DNA of 35,445 bases from Bdellovibrionota bacterium (GTDB taxonomy: Bacteria > Bdellovibrionota_C > UBA2361). The position numbers were made by a program, and so were the translations under genes. Positions 18,293 through 28,188 of the stretch are shown piece after piece. The notes under the pieces were generated by a model. It ran no database searches, was not told where the DNA came from, and saw nothing but the letters and a program-made list of their open reading frames with translations. The DNA lies in contig JBILDU010000021.1 in assembly GCA_044352465.1 (NCBI GenBank), positions 1 through 35,445 on the forward strand, in the 5' to 3' direction. Within the stretch, counting starts at the first letter, position 1. Each line of letters begins with the position of its first letter.

Positions 18293-19495
18293 ATGCGTAA
18301 AGTTACAATACTTGCCGCGTTGATGCTCCTTGCTCCGGCGGTTTCTCAAGCTAAAACTCTTGAGGACCTCTTGGTGGAGAAGGGCGTAATTTCGAAGGGC
18401 GAGGCTCAGGCCGCTGCTGGCTCGGGCGCTTCGAAAGTCTACTGGAACAATGGCACTCGCATCGAGTTCCCGGATAACGGGTTCACGATGGGTGTGAGCA
18501 CCTTGATCCAGACCCGCTACACGTTCAACGATGGCGACGACGATACGGGCACGCCCAATACGTCGAGCTTTGACGTGAACCATGCGTACCTCACCGTTTC
18601 GGGCACCGCCCTGAACGAGGAGTTCGCATACGTGTTGGAAGGTGATTTCGCTGGCTCCGCCGCGGACCTCACCGATGCGTACCTCGAGTGGCGCGCTTGC
18701 GACTGGGCTGCGGTGAAGATGGGTCAATTCAAGACCAATCTCGGCCGTCAGTTCAACACCAGCGATGCTCACCTCCAGTTCGCTGATCGCTCGACTGTGA
18801 GCGATTACTTCGACCTCGGCCGTCAAAACGGCGCGAGCGCGACGGGCAACTGGATGGACGGACAGCTCTCGCTGACCGCTGGCATCTACAACGGTGAGAG
18901 CGATGGCGAAGGCCAAAACCGCTCTGGCGTTGATACCAACCACACCGGCATCGTGTCGGTCCGTTGGGACCCGATGGGCAAGATGAACGCCTACGAAGAG
19001 GGCGACGTGGGTTGGACCGAGGATATGGCGGTCTCGATCGGCGCGTCGTACGCCTTCGCTGATGCGAAGAACGACTTCGGCGGCGGGTTGGTCGGCACCG
19101 AGCAGAACCTTATCTCGGTTGACGCCAACTTGAAGTACCAAGGTTGGAGCCTCCAAGCGGAGCTCTTCAACGATTCCGCTTCGATCGATAACACCTCTGC
19201 AGGTGATACCGAGCCGACCGGCTTCTACGTCCAAGGTGGTTACTTCGTTGATGCGAAGACCATGGAGGTTGCTGCTCGTTACGGTTACCTCGATTGCGAC
19301 GACGGAACGGCCCCGGGTGAGTGCGCTGGCAACGACAACCTCAACGAGGTTACCGTTGGCCTTAACTACTACTGGTGGGCTCACCACCTGAAGGCTCAGG
19401 TGAACTACTCGTTCCTCAACTCGGACATCGCTGGTCCGGGTGGTGCGGACGTGAACACCAACCGCTGGATTGTTCAACTTTCCAGCCACTTCTAA
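18293..19495 (+). CDS. OprO/OprP-like (phosphate-selective family) porin
   Basis: GGAGGA RBS; signal peptide; DAYLEW, GQFK, GFYVQGGY, EVAARY, GLNYY, terminal Phe; strong codon bias. Confidence 0.8.
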   Translation: MRKVTILAALMLLAPAVSQAKTLEDLLVEKGVISKGEAQAAAGSGASKVYWNNGTRIEFPDNGFTMGVSTLIQTRYTFNDGDDDTGTPNTSSFDVNHAYLTVSGTALNEEFAYVLEGDFAGSAADLTDAYLEWRACDWAAVKMGQFKTNLGRQFNTSDAHLQFADRSTVSDYFDLGRQNGASATGNWMDGQLSLTAGIYNGESDGEGQNRSGVDTNHTGIVSVRWDPMGKMNAYEEGDVGWTEDMAVSIGASYAFADAKNDFGGGLVGTEQNLISVDANLKYQGWSLQAELFNDSASIDNTSAGDTEPTGFYVQGGYFVDAKTMEVAARYGYLDCDDGTAPGECAGNDNLNEVTVGLNYYWWAHHLKAQVNYSFLNSDIAGPGGADVNTNRWIVQLSSHF

Positions 19496-19518
19496 GCCGA
19501 TTTCGGTTTAGTAAAGTG

Positions 19519-19551
19519 AGAAAGGGCGCCCTCCGGGCGCCCTTTCTATTT
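19519..19551. terminator. bidirectional rho-independent terminator
   Basis: 13-bp perfect stem AGAAAGGGCGCCC-tcc-GGGCGCCCTTTCT between convergent genes. Confidence 0.88.
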
Positions 19552-19597
19552 CAGCCATCAGCGTCGCGAATGAAAGACTCGGTGAGAGCCGATTGAG

Positions 19598-20167
19598 TTA
19601 GGAAGGAGAGTCCTGAGAGTCGCCTTGACCGCGGAGCTTTACCGGTAAAAGGACGCGGTCCCGCACCTCCCCCGCCTCCCGACGTAAGAGGCTCGCCACA
19701 AGGCTTAGCGCGTGTGTATGGGCCTCAATCTGATCAACCAGGGAGAGGAACGAGCACAAGTATTCTCGCTCAGCCCCCTTGGGTGAAGGATCCCCGAGAG
19801 CGCTTCCCCAGCTCGGATTTGAAAACGGATTTTCATGGCTCGTTCGTTCGATGTGGCTCAGTCTTTTCTCGATCAGCTTGCGTGGGTTTATCCAGAACTC
19901 GAATTCATCGTGATTGGCGAGAGAGAATCCGTTTCGCCACAAGAAAACGTTCCGTTCGGTCTCAGCGAGAAACCACACCGGGTGAAAGTTCTCGGGGTCA
20001 AACCCAGCCAGGATGCCCTTGTTTTGGAGCTGGAGCTCTACCGTCTTAAGAACTTGATCGAGCACGGTGTCCTTCGGTGGATGCGCCGTTTGCACAATAA
20101 AGTTCTTCAGCTGTGCAATTTTGTACGTCTTGGCGGTGGAGGAATGCCCGTGCTTTGAGCTAAGCAT
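19598..20167 (-). CDS. hypothetical protein
   Basis: 189-aa ATG ORF filling the gap between the terminator and the divergent kinase; no recognised motif. Confidence 0.55.
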   Translation of the reverse strand: MLSSKHGHSSTAKTYKIAQLKNFIVQTAHPPKDTVLDQVLKTVELQLQNKGILAGFDPENFHPVWFLAETERNVFLWRNGFSLANHDEFEFWINPRKLIEKRLSHIERTSHENPFSNPSWGSALGDPSPKGAEREYLCSFLSLVDQIEAHTHALSLVASLLRREAGEVRDRVLLPVKLRGQGDSQDSPS

Positions 20168-20408
20168 TTAATTCCCTTAATCTAACCCAACCACAACTCT
20201 GCGACGAACCGATCGAAACTTCCGAATATTCATTAGCAGCAAAAAATAGGCCGAAGATGTCACCGTTTTGACGGTGGACAAAAACGAGCAGCGAAGTTCG
20301 GTAGGTGGCTTCATAAAATGCGCAGCTTAGCCGATATCACCGATAGCGGTCGCTGCATCGTTGCTAGGGCGGCATTCCGTATGTACCAGGAACTGGGGTC
20401 TCGTCGAC

Positions 20409-21527
20409 ATGTCAGGAAAGGGGGGCAAAGCACCGTCGCCTTTATCGCCGCAGCGCGAGGTGGAGGTGGCGCACCTTGTGGCGGAGCTCGAACTGTTGCG
20501 TGGCCTGGCACACCTTCTTCCGGAAGGGATTGTAATCCACGACCCGAGTGGTGATGTTGTTTTTCTGAACGAGTCGATGCAGAAGCTCTGTGGTGGCGCG
20601 ATGCCCGCGACTTTTGCCGAGTTAGGGGAGGTCCTCTTGAACGGCACCGTGGCGCAGACCCTTCAGGCGGCGCTCCTGCGCGCTCAAAACGCCGGCGGGG
20701 TCTTTCTTGAAGACATCAGGAGCGCGGACACCTATCTGACAGCTTCGAGTCGTGAGATGAGACGAGGTGGAGAGGGGTTACGACTGTGGTCGTTCGCAGA
20801 CCGCTCCGCGGAGCTTCAACGGGGAGAGGCGCGCCACCTTGATGCGGTCAATGTTTTCGCCACGGGTATCGCCCACAATTTTAATAACCTTCTTTGTGGT
20901 ATCTCGGGAGCCATCGATATGCTCGAAGGTATCGCTGGCGAGGATACTCGTGCCAAGCGATGCGTAGGGCTGACACGGCGTTGTGTTGATGAGGGGGTCG
21001 CCTTGACCCGTAAAATGATAGCCACCGGACCACAGGCCGTTTCGGGAGATATGAGCGCCGTTCTTGAAGACGTGGTCAAGAGCGTCGTTGAGGTGCATGA
21101 GGTTCTCCAAAGCGGACGGGTGGCGTTTGAGCTGGCGCTTCCACCCGACCTTCCACCCGTAGGGATGCCGTGGGACTCGCTTGCGCGGGTTGTTCAAAAC
21201 TTGGTCCTGAATAGCGTTGAGGCGATCGAGGCGGTCGGGAAGGTTACGATTTCTGCCACGGCTGCGCCGACAACCGATGCCTTGACGTTGAAGATTGAGG
21301 ACACCGGCAGTGGGATGGACGAGACCACCTTGCGGCGCGTTTTCGAACCTTTTTTTTCGACCAAAAGTCTCGACCAGGCCCACGGGATAGCGTCTGACGG
21401 GAGTGGCCTCGGACTTTGGAATGTCTATCGAGCGGTTAAAACCGCCGGCGGATCCGTTTCGATGAAAAGCCAGGTGGGGAGGGGAACTACCGTTGAGGTG
21501 ACACTTCCGATAGTTCGAGAGGGGTAG
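20409..21527 (+). CDS. cytoplasmic PAS-containing histidine kinase (HisKA/HATPase_c)
   Basis: PAS-like LPEGIVIHD..GDVVFLN, H-box GIAHNFNNLL, N-box QNLVLNSVEAI, DTGSGM, FEPFFSTK, GSGLGL; start taken at ATG 20409. Confidence 0.88.
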   Translation: MSGKGGKAPSPLSPQREVEVAHLVAELELLRGLAHLLPEGIVIHDPSGDVVFLNESMQKLCGGAMPATFAELGEVLLNGTVAQTLQAALLRAQNAGGVFLEDIRSADTYLTASSREMRRGGEGLRLWSFADRSAELQRGEARHLDAVNVFATGIAHNFNNLLCGISGAIDMLEGIAGEDTRAKRCVGLTRRCVDEGVALTRKMIATGPQAVSGDMSAVLEDVVKSVVEVHEVLQSGRVAFELALPPDLPPVGMPWDSLARVVQNLVLNSVEAIEAVGKVTISATAAPTTDALTLKIEDTGSGMDETTLRRVFEPFFSTKSLDQAHGIASDGSGLGLWNVYRAVKTAGGSVSMKSQVGRGTTVEVTLPIVREG

Positions 21528-21575
21528 GCGCTCCTTTCTTCCCATTGAGCTCCATTCGTCCTATCCTTCTGTCCC

Positions 21576-22763
21576 GTGAGTAATCCATCTGTACTAAAAA
21601 ACACCGGGCCGCGCATCTGTCACCTCGCCGACATCCATCTGGGCTATCGTCGGTACAACAAGGTGACGCGGGCGGGGTTCAACCAACGCGAGGCCGACGT
21701 TAATCACGCGTTTCACGAGGCCGTCGAACGACTTATTCAGTTAAGACCTGCTGTGGTGATTATCGCGGGGGACCTCTTCCACTCGGTGAGGCCCTCGAAT
21801 GCGGTTGTAGCGTTTTGTTGTCGCGAGTTAAAGCGACTCCGCCAAAGAAGCGGAGCCGAGATCGTCATCATCGCCGGCAATCACGAAGCGCCGAAGCGGA
21901 GCGATACAGGTTCGGTACTCAGGGTCATCGCTGAGATCGACGGGTGTTGTGTGGCGGTAGGGGAGCGCGAGCGGTTTACCTTTGAAGACCACTCCCTCTC
22001 CATCGAATGTCTGCCCCACGGTGCGCTTGGGGGGCTCACTCCCGGAGAGATCCGCGCCAATGATCGGATGAAGCATAACGTTCTTGTTCTCCATGGTCAG
22101 GTCAATACCGATACCATAAGCGATTTCGGTGGGGAGCGTATCGATCTCGCCGCGCTTTCGCCCCACGAATGGGACTACATCGCGCTTGGGCACGTCCATG
22201 TGAAGCGCGCGGTGGGGCTTAACGCCGCTTATGCGGGGGCGATTGAGCACACCGCCATAAATATTTGGTCGGAGGCCCGTGAAAAGAAGGGTTTTTGGGA
22301 GATCGACCTCGCTTCGGGGAAGCGCACCTTCCACGCCCTGACGTCTCCCCGCGAGGTGGTCGCGCTGGATCCCATCAATGCGCTCGAACTTGAACCTCAT
22401 GAGGTGAGTGCGGAGATCGAGCGGGCTTTCGAAAACGTTCCCGGTGGGATCGCTGGCAAGATCGTACGCCTTGAGGTGATAAATCTTGCTCGCTCGGTAT
22501 GGCGGCAGATCGATCCGAAGGCGCTACGCCGGTGGCGTACGACGGCGCTGCATATCTCTCTGCATCTCGGATTCGAGGATCAGGTGGGGGCCCCCCTTGC
22601 GGTCGGTGATGGTGGGCTTCAAAGAGAATTTTCGCTCAAAGAAGAGCTGCTCTCTTTTTGTCGGGAGCGCGAGTCGAATCGGGGTGATCCCGCGGCGCTT
22701 GAGACGTTAGTGGGGCGGTTTTTCGATGCAGTGGAGGGAGCACATGAAACTCCTGAGCCTTGA
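21576..22763 (+). CDS. sbcD: SbcD/Mre11 nuclease subunit
   Basis: HLADIHLG, AGDLFH, AGNHE, LHG, YIALGHVH metallophosphoesterase motifs; adjacent to a Rad50-like gene. Confidence 0.9.
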   Translation: MSNPSVLKNTGPRICHLADIHLGYRRYNKVTRAGFNQREADVNHAFHEAVERLIQLRPAVVIIAGDLFHSVRPSNAVVAFCCRELKRLRQRSGAEIVIIAGNHEAPKRSDTGSVLRVIAEIDGCCVAVGERERFTFEDHSLSIECLPHGALGGLTPGEIRANDRMKHNVLVLHGQVNTDTISDFGGERIDLAALSPHEWDYIALGHVHVKRAVGLNAAYAGAIEHTAINIWSEAREKKGFWEIDLASGKRTFHALTSPREVVALDPINALELEPHEVSAEIERAFENVPGGIAGKIVRLEVINLARSVWRQIDPKALRRWRTTALHISLHLGFEDQVGAPLAVGDGGLQREFSLKEELLSFCRERESNRGDPAALETLVGRFFDAVEGAHETPEP

Positions 22764-24855
22764 GCTCCGCTATTTTCGGCAGCACGTTGAGAGCTCCATC
22801 GAATTTCCCGATGGGTTGGTGGGCATTATCGGCCATAACGGCGCGGGCAAGACCTCCCTGGTTGAAGCGGTGGCATTTGCCCTGTACGGTTCGAAAGCGA
22901 TTCGGGGCAAGATCGAACATCTGACCACCCGGGGGGCTCCATCAAAGGCGACACCCGCTGCGACCCTCATCTTTGAGCATGAGACTATCGGCTACACCGT
23001 CGAGCGTTCGACCGAGTCTGCGCGCCTCTTTCGGGGCGGTGAGGCGGAGCCGGTCGCCGAGGGATCGCGGGACGTTTCGGCGAAGATAGCGCAGGTGCTC
23101 GGCATGAACCACGAGGAGTTCGTGGCGACCTATTTCACTGAACAGAAGGGCTTAGAGTTTCTGAGCGGGAAAAAAGGTGCCGCCGAGCGGGAGCGGTTTA
23201 TCGTCCGGATGATGGGGTACGATCGGCTTGAGAAGGTGCAAGAGGCGCTGCGTGCGGACCGGCGCGATAAGAAAAATGAGCTTGTCGGCTGGGAGGCGAG
23301 TCTCGGGAGCCGCGGAGCAATCGAAGGACGACTTGAAAAGGAAACCGCTGATATTGCCGGGCTTGAGAAGGTTTTTGTTGAGGCGGTCAGCGCCCTTGAC
23401 CGGGCGGAGAAAGACACGACGGCTTTGAAAAAAAGCCTTGAGAGGCTCGAGCTCGTCAGAGCACCTTGGATGAAGCTCACCGAAGCCGTCAAGAAGATCG
23501 ATATTCAACTGGATGAGCGCCGCCGGCGCTGTGAGCAGGTTCAACGGGAGTGGGCTCGTGCCGTTGAGGTGCTAGGAGGTGGTGAAGCGATAACTGCGGC
23601 GCGAGAGCGGCTCGCTGCTCGTGAGGAGCTTCACGGGAAGATAACACGCGGTGAGGAGCGGGTCGCCCTGAGCGATGGCGCGCTCAAAACTCTCGAGCTC
23701 TCGTGGCGTGAGGAGGTCACACGGGCAAAAAGTGAGCTTGAGGGCACGCAGAGGCAGTTGAACGCCGCCTTGGTCGCCCTCAGAAAGCGGGGCGAGCTTC
23801 AAGCGGGAAGTCGCTGCCCCACGTGTGACCAAGAGCTGGGAGACAGCTTTAGCGCGGTGGTGGAGCATCAACGGACGGAGATCGCGGCCCTTGAGGGGGA
23901 GGTCCAAAGACTGGCCGGAGTGTTGAACAAAGTCGAGACCGAGCCGTCTGCGCTCATCGAGTCGAGGGTGAAGCGAGACGAAGCCGCCGCGGCACTTCTG
24001 AAGCTGCGGCATGACTTTACGGAACTCACTCGCATTGAACGCTCGCTCGAGACGGTTACTCGTCTCGAAGGTGAGGTGACCGCTGGGAAGACGGAGATCT
24101 CCGAGCTTGACCAGGAGCGCGGGGTGCTTATGCGAGAGATCAGCCGAAGTACTTTTTCCGACGAGACGTACGTGGCTGAGAAGGCTAAATATGAGGCCGC
24201 CTCTCGGCTTCTTGAGGTGGCGCGGCTTCAAAAAGTACGGGCGGAGGGTGATCTGCAAACACATCGCGCGTTGAAAGCACGCACGGAGACCGAGCTCCAC
24301 GCGTTCGATGAGCGCGCGGCGGCGCTTATCGAGCGGCGGAAGTTACTCGCACTCCTCGACGACGGTGATCAAGCGCTCACCGATTTTCGTAAGCATTTAA
24401 ACGCCTCGATTCGCCCCCGTCTGGCGGAGCTTGCGAGCGAGTTCTTGGCCGAGCTCACTGATGGGCGCTACACCACGGTGGAGATCGGGGCTGATTTCGC
24501 CCCGACCGTGATCGAGGATGGCGAACCGAAACCGATCATCAGCGGTGGTGAAGAGGATATCTTAAATCTCTGTCTTCGCTTGGCACTCTCCAACATGCTC
24601 GCTGAGCGCGCCGGACAATCGTTCTCCCTGCTGATGCTCGATGAGGTCTTTGGCTCCCTCGATGAGGGGCGTCGAACAAACGTCTTGGGTCTTTTAGAGA
24701 AGCTCAATCAACGCTTCGAACAGATCTTAGTCATTACCCACCTCGACGATATCAAGGACGGTGTTCAGAGTCTCATCGAGATCGAGTACGACGATGCGAC
24801 GGGAGCGGTACAGGTGGGGAAGGGGCGTGATTTTTCTGAGACGTTCGAGATTTGA
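22744..24855 (+). CDS. sbcC: SbcC/Rad50 SMC-like ATPase
   Basis: Walker A GHNGAGKTS, coiled coils, zinc hook CPTC, signature ISGGE, Walker B LMLDEVFGSLD, ITH; GGAGGGAG RBS before ATG 22744. Confidence 0.92.
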   Translation: MKLLSLELRYFRQHVESSIEFPDGLVGIIGHNGAGKTSLVEAVAFALYGSKAIRGKIEHLTTRGAPSKATPAATLIFEHETIGYTVERSTESARLFRGGEAEPVAEGSRDVSAKIAQVLGMNHEEFVATYFTEQKGLEFLSGKKGAAERERFIVRMMGYDRLEKVQEALRADRRDKKNELVGWEASLGSRGAIEGRLEKETADIAGLEKVFVEAVSALDRAEKDTTALKKSLERLELVRAPWMKLTEAVKKIDIQLDERRRRCEQVQREWARAVEVLGGGEAITAARERLAAREELHGKITRGEERVALSDGALKTLELSWREEVTRAKSELEGTQRQLNAALVALRKRGELQAGSRCPTCDQELGDSFSAVVEHQRTEIAALEGEVQRLAGVLNKVETEPSALIESRVKRDEAAAALLKLRHDFTELTRIERSLETVTRLEGEVTAGKTEISELDQERGVLMREISRSTFSDETYVAEKAKYEAASRLLEVARLQKVRAEGDLQTHRALKARTETELHAFDERAAALIERRKLLALLDDGDQALTDFRKHLNASIRPRLAELASEFLAELTDGRYTTVEIGADFAPTVIEDGEPKPIISGGEEDILNLCLRLALSNMLAERAGQSFSLLMLDEVFGSLDEGRRTNVLGLLEKLNQRFEQILVITHLDDIKDGVQSLIEIEYDDATGAVQVGKGRDFSETFEI

Positions 24856-25093
24856 ATCGGTAAGCTCCTCTCGGATATGCACCCGGTGGGCGGCTGTCTT
24901 ATCGCCCAGATCCTCTCACGAACTCCGCCGGGCCCGATGAAATCACCATTGAAACACCGGATTGGGTCGACCCGTTTATGCTGCCGGTTCCAGGCAAATT
25001 CGACGGAGCAATCTCAGGAACTACGGCGTGGTAAGCGCTCTCGCCCGCAACAAGGTCTTTAGCCTGAGGAATCACACCCTCCTAATCCCGTAC

Positions 25094-25387
25094 TTAACGG
25101 CCTCCCGTAAGAGCATAGGATACGAGATGCGCCAATCCATCCCGCGCGTCGTCCTGGCCTGTGTGGTGTGCGGCGATCCTCTCGGTCAATCCCTCGGGTG
25201 CATACGCGATTCCGCTTCGAGGCGCTGCTATCGGAGCAGGTCGCTCGGCCGCTGGGGCGGAATCGGGAGTAGCTTTCCTTGCTCGCCGAGCCGTGGCGCT
25301 CTTTCGATAGACGCGGGCTCGGAGCATCGCCCAGTGGCTACGCTTTGGGTAATTTGCGGTGGTAGTACAGGTGATCTCATTACTCAT
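25094..25387 (-). CDS. small hypothetical protein
   Basis: GGAG RBS before ATG 25387, 20 nt downstream of the preceding ORF's stop. Confidence 0.4.
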   Translation of the reverse strand: MSNEITCTTTANYPKRSHWAMLRARVYRKSATARRARKATPDSAPAAERPAPIAAPRSGIAYAPEGLTERIAAHHTGQDDARDGLAHLVSYALTGGR

Positions 25388-25407
25388 ACATCTCTCCAAA
25401 AGATTTT

Positions 25408-26148
25408 CTAAGCCTTGGCATCCCAAACGAGAACACGTCCGACCCGCGCGGCGTATAACGCTCCTCGCGGAGCGATCGGATTGGCGCCGTGAAGGTTGCC
25501 GATGCACACCGCCTCCCCAGAGGCAAAGCGATCGTTTGTCCGACCGTACGTGGTTCTAAAAAGCCGCTCTCCGTTTTCAAGAGCGGAGAGAGTCAGGATG
25601 CCGGCATGCTCGATCGCATGAGCGGTACGATACTGGGCTGCTGGGGTGTTCCCCTCGGAGAAGCAGGTGCTGTGCGGAGCGATGTCATGATATTCGAGGA
25701 CCCAAATGCCACGGTGTATCGTGGTACGCTGCAGTTCGTCGCTGGGTAGTCCACGGTACGAAGAAAAGAGCGGAAGGATGAGTGGCGCCCGGTCTGCGGC
25801 AAACAAACGGAGCGACTCGATCGAGGTGGCGTCGTCATCTATTTTTGCCGGGATGTAGACTAGCCGATGGGTCTCAGCAACCGTTCGACCGTCGTCTGCA
25901 ATCGGGCAACGGCTCCGAATATGGGTGATAATCCTTGGTGTAATCGGAGTGACTTCACCGATCTCCACATCGTTAAAAATTGAGCTGGTGGGGACGACTG
26001 AGCGGCCCGGCATCAAACGGCGAATCTCGTTCCAGAGTCGCTGTTGCGATAGTCGACGTGAGGTGCGAGTCGGTCGGGTGGTAGCGAGCGAGGGGGCCGT
26101 TGGGCTGGTCGTTGGAGTCGCCACGGTAGCTTGCTCATGAGGGGCCAT
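25408..26148 (-). CDS. hypothetical protein with Thr/Pro-rich N-terminus
   Basis: GGAGGA RBS before ATG 26148 (MAPHEQ...); globular C-terminal region with CPI..G.TVAETH.LVYIP, WVL, GERLF motifs. Confidence 0.65.
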   Translation of the reverse strand: MAPHEQATVATPTTSPTAPSLATTRPTRTSRRLSQQRLWNEIRRLMPGRSVVPTSSIFNDVEIGEVTPITPRIITHIRSRCPIADDGRTVAETHRLVYIPAKIDDDATSIESLRLFAADRAPLILPLFSSYRGLPSDELQRTTIHRGIWVLEYHDIAPHSTCFSEGNTPAAQYRTAHAIEHAGILTLSALENGERLFRTTYGRTNDRFASGEAVCIGNLHGANPIAPRGALYAARVGRVLVWDAKA

Positions 26149-26549
26149 AGGGAATCCTCCACTGGTTCTGAGGGGTTGTTGCTCCGAACCTTGATTAAGA
26201 TACCCAATATCTTCGTAACCTTGGCCACCCAGGCGGGTGATGAAAATTTGGTGATAGGTGTCGCGGGGGGGATGCCCCACCACTTATTAAGTGGTGGGGG
26301 AAAGGAAGGCTACTTTCCTTCGAGCTTTTCAATCGCTTCGGTTAGTTCGTTTCGGACGTAGTAGTCTTGCCCCCCTTTAAGCTGTCGACGAAAGCGGGGG
26401 AGTAACAGACCGAGATATTGCTCTCTCGGCTTTTTTTGCCTGAGAGCTGAGCATGGGTCGGCCTACGCTTGCCCCAACCCAAGAATAATTCATGGAAATC
26501 ATTCGGAATCCATGAGGTGAGAAATATACATCTAAATTTAGTAAAAATA

Positions 26550-26580
26550 AGTGTACCTATTGAGCCAAACCAGGTATACT
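26550..26580 (+). promoter_or_regulatory. putative abiE promoter/operator
   Basis: IR AGTGTACCT (26550-58) / AGGTATACT (26572-80), one mismatch; the right arm contains TATACT. Confidence 0.6.
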
Positions 26581-26586
26581 AAAGGA

Positions 26587-27165
26587 ATGAGAGCAACTGC
26601 GGCACAGAAACTAATGGAGTCGATGACGCCCGGACGGGTGTATCGACGGCATGAGCTTCGCTCTCTCTCCAGTAACCTCACGAGAGATCTCGATAAGCTC
26701 GTTGAGAGTAGGGAGGTAGTTCGCGCAGCGCCTGGCCTCTATTACAGACCAAAGATGACGAAAGTCGGGCCACGTCCTGCAAGCCCAGAGGAGCTCGTTC
26801 GGGCGTTTCTAAATGACGACGAGTTCCTTCTTACTTCTCTCGATGATTACAACCCTCTTGGGCTGGGACTCACCCAGCTTTATAACCAAGCTATCGTTTA
26901 TAACAGAAAGCGGCACGGCCACTTCGAGCTCGACGGGCGAAGGTTCTCGTTTAGAAGACCAAGAGACTTTCCGCGCGCCCTAAGCAAAGAGTTCCTTTAC
27001 GTCGATGTCCTGAATAATAAAGATGAGCTTCTTGAAGATACGAGTGAGCTTGAGGCGCGAGTGGCTGAGGCAGCAAGAAACCTGAGCGAAAAAACGCTCC
27101 TAGCGGCTGCAAGCCGCTACGGAAAAGTCTCCACGAGGAAGTTCTTTGAGGAGCTTATTCGGTAG
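26587..27165 (+). CDS. AbiEi-like (DUF6088-type) type IV TA antitoxin / transcriptional regulator
   Basis: N-terminal winged-HTH (GRVYRRHEL...RDLDKLV...GLYYRP), N.LGLGLTQ motif; 1-bp overlap with the AbiEii gene. Confidence 0.78.
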   Translation: MRATAAQKLMESMTPGRVYRRHELRSLSSNLTRDLDKLVESREVVRAAPGLYYRPKMTKVGPRPASPEELVRAFLNDDEFLLTSLDDYNPLGLGLTQLYNQAIVYNRKRHGHFELDGRRFSFRRPRDFPRALSKEFLYVDVLNNKDELLEDTSELEARVAEAARNLSEKTLLAAASRYGKVSTRKFFEELIR

Positions 27166-28112
27166 TGGCAAGAGAAAAATTCCTTCACGAGCTTTCAGAA
27201 CACCGCATCTTGGTTGAACAGCTCGCTGTAGCAAGGAAAACTCGCGCTCAGTTGATCGAGAAAGACTATTGGCTGATGCACGTCCTGTGGGGACTCCAGG
27301 AACAGGGATTTAAGTTCGAGCTAAAGGGGGGCACATCACTTTCAAAGGGTTTTGGGATCATCGACAGGTTCTCTGAGGATATCGATATCCGGATAGAGCC
27401 GCCGAAAGAGCTTGAGGTAAGGGGCGGCGTTAATCACGATAAGCCGAGCCATATAGCCAGTCGAATTAAATTTTATGATTGGCTCACCAAAGAGCTTTCT
27501 ATCCCTGGCGTCAAAGCGGAACGCGATCCGAGCTTCGATGATAAAAAGGGCAGAAGTGGCGCAGTAAGGCTTAATTTTGAGAGCGAGTACCCGACGCTCG
27601 CGGGAGTAAAGAGCTATGTGCTCCTTGAGGTTGGTTTCGACGTGACGAAGCCAAATGAGAAGAAGACCATCTCTTCATGGCTGTATGACGCTGCGCTCAC
27701 ATCGGGGCTTACAATAGTAGATAACAGAGCTATCGATGTCGCGTGCTATCTTCCTGGGTATACGTTCGTTGAAAAGCTTCAGGCCATTTCAACAAAATAC
27801 GCTCAAGAGCAAGAGGGCAAGACAATGCCCGTTAACTTCATCCGGCACTACTACGACGTCTATCAGCTTCTTGGAGACCAATCAGTCTTAAGCTTCATCG
27901 GGACGAAACCGTACTTTGAGCATAAAGCTACTCGCTTCCGCACGGGGGACGAGCCAAATATAAAGAAGAATGAAGCTTTCATTTTAAGTGACCGGGCGAC
28001 GCGAGCGCGTTACGCCAAGGAGTTTCAACGAACTCAAGCGCTCTACTACGGCGGATTCCCTAGTTTCGATGCGATTCTATCGCGCATTCAAGAGCACGGT
28101 AAGAAGCTCTGA
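27165..28112 (+). CDS. AbiEii/AbiGii nucleotidyltransferase toxin
   Basis: IEKDYW, LKGGTSLSKG, RFSEDIDI, TFVEKL, RHYYDVY motifs. Confidence 0.92.
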   Translation: MAREKFLHELSEHRILVEQLAVARKTRAQLIEKDYWLMHVLWGLQEQGFKFELKGGTSLSKGFGIIDRFSEDIDIRIEPPKELEVRGGVNHDKPSHIASRIKFYDWLTKELSIPGVKAERDPSFDDKKGRSGAVRLNFESEYPTLAGVKSYVLLEVGFDVTKPNEKKTISSWLYDAALTSGLTIVDNRAIDVACYLPGYTFVEKLQAISTKYAQEQEGKTMPVNFIRHYYDVYQLLGDQSVLSFIGTKPYFEHKATRFRTGDEPNIKKNEAFILSDRATRARYAKEFQRTQALYYGGFPSFDAILSRIQEHGKKL

Positions 28113-28128
28113 GGATGGGCGGTTGCCG

Positions 28129-28188
28129 AGAGATGTGCCGTATCAGTCTTTGATGAAGGTATTTCTAGCTGACCGGCTGCGGAATGAG
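28129..28188 (+). pseudogene. C-terminal remnant of a CopG/BrnA-type RHH antitoxin
   Basis: In-frame RDVPYQSLMKVFLADRL, typical of the C-terminus of this antitoxin family; no own start or N-terminus. Confidence 0.55.

Noticed and set aside
18230..19489. 419-aa antisense ORF over the porin
   Set aside because: In-register mirror of a strongly codon-biased gene; no RBS or motifs
21576..24855. Novel SMC/nuclease defence system (Wadjet/Lamassu-like)
   Set aside because: Canonical Mre11 motifs plus a Rad50 zinc hook indicate ordinary SbcDC; no accessory defence genes attached
24899..25075. 58-codon minus-strand GTG ORF after AGGAGG
   Set aside because: The SD-like sequence is only about 2 nt from the start and the peptide has no recognisable features
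26310..26460. Minus-strand fragment ending DYYVRNELTEAIEKLEGK (HEAT-repeat-like)
   Set aside because: No in-frame start and too short to support; may be further debris at the island edge
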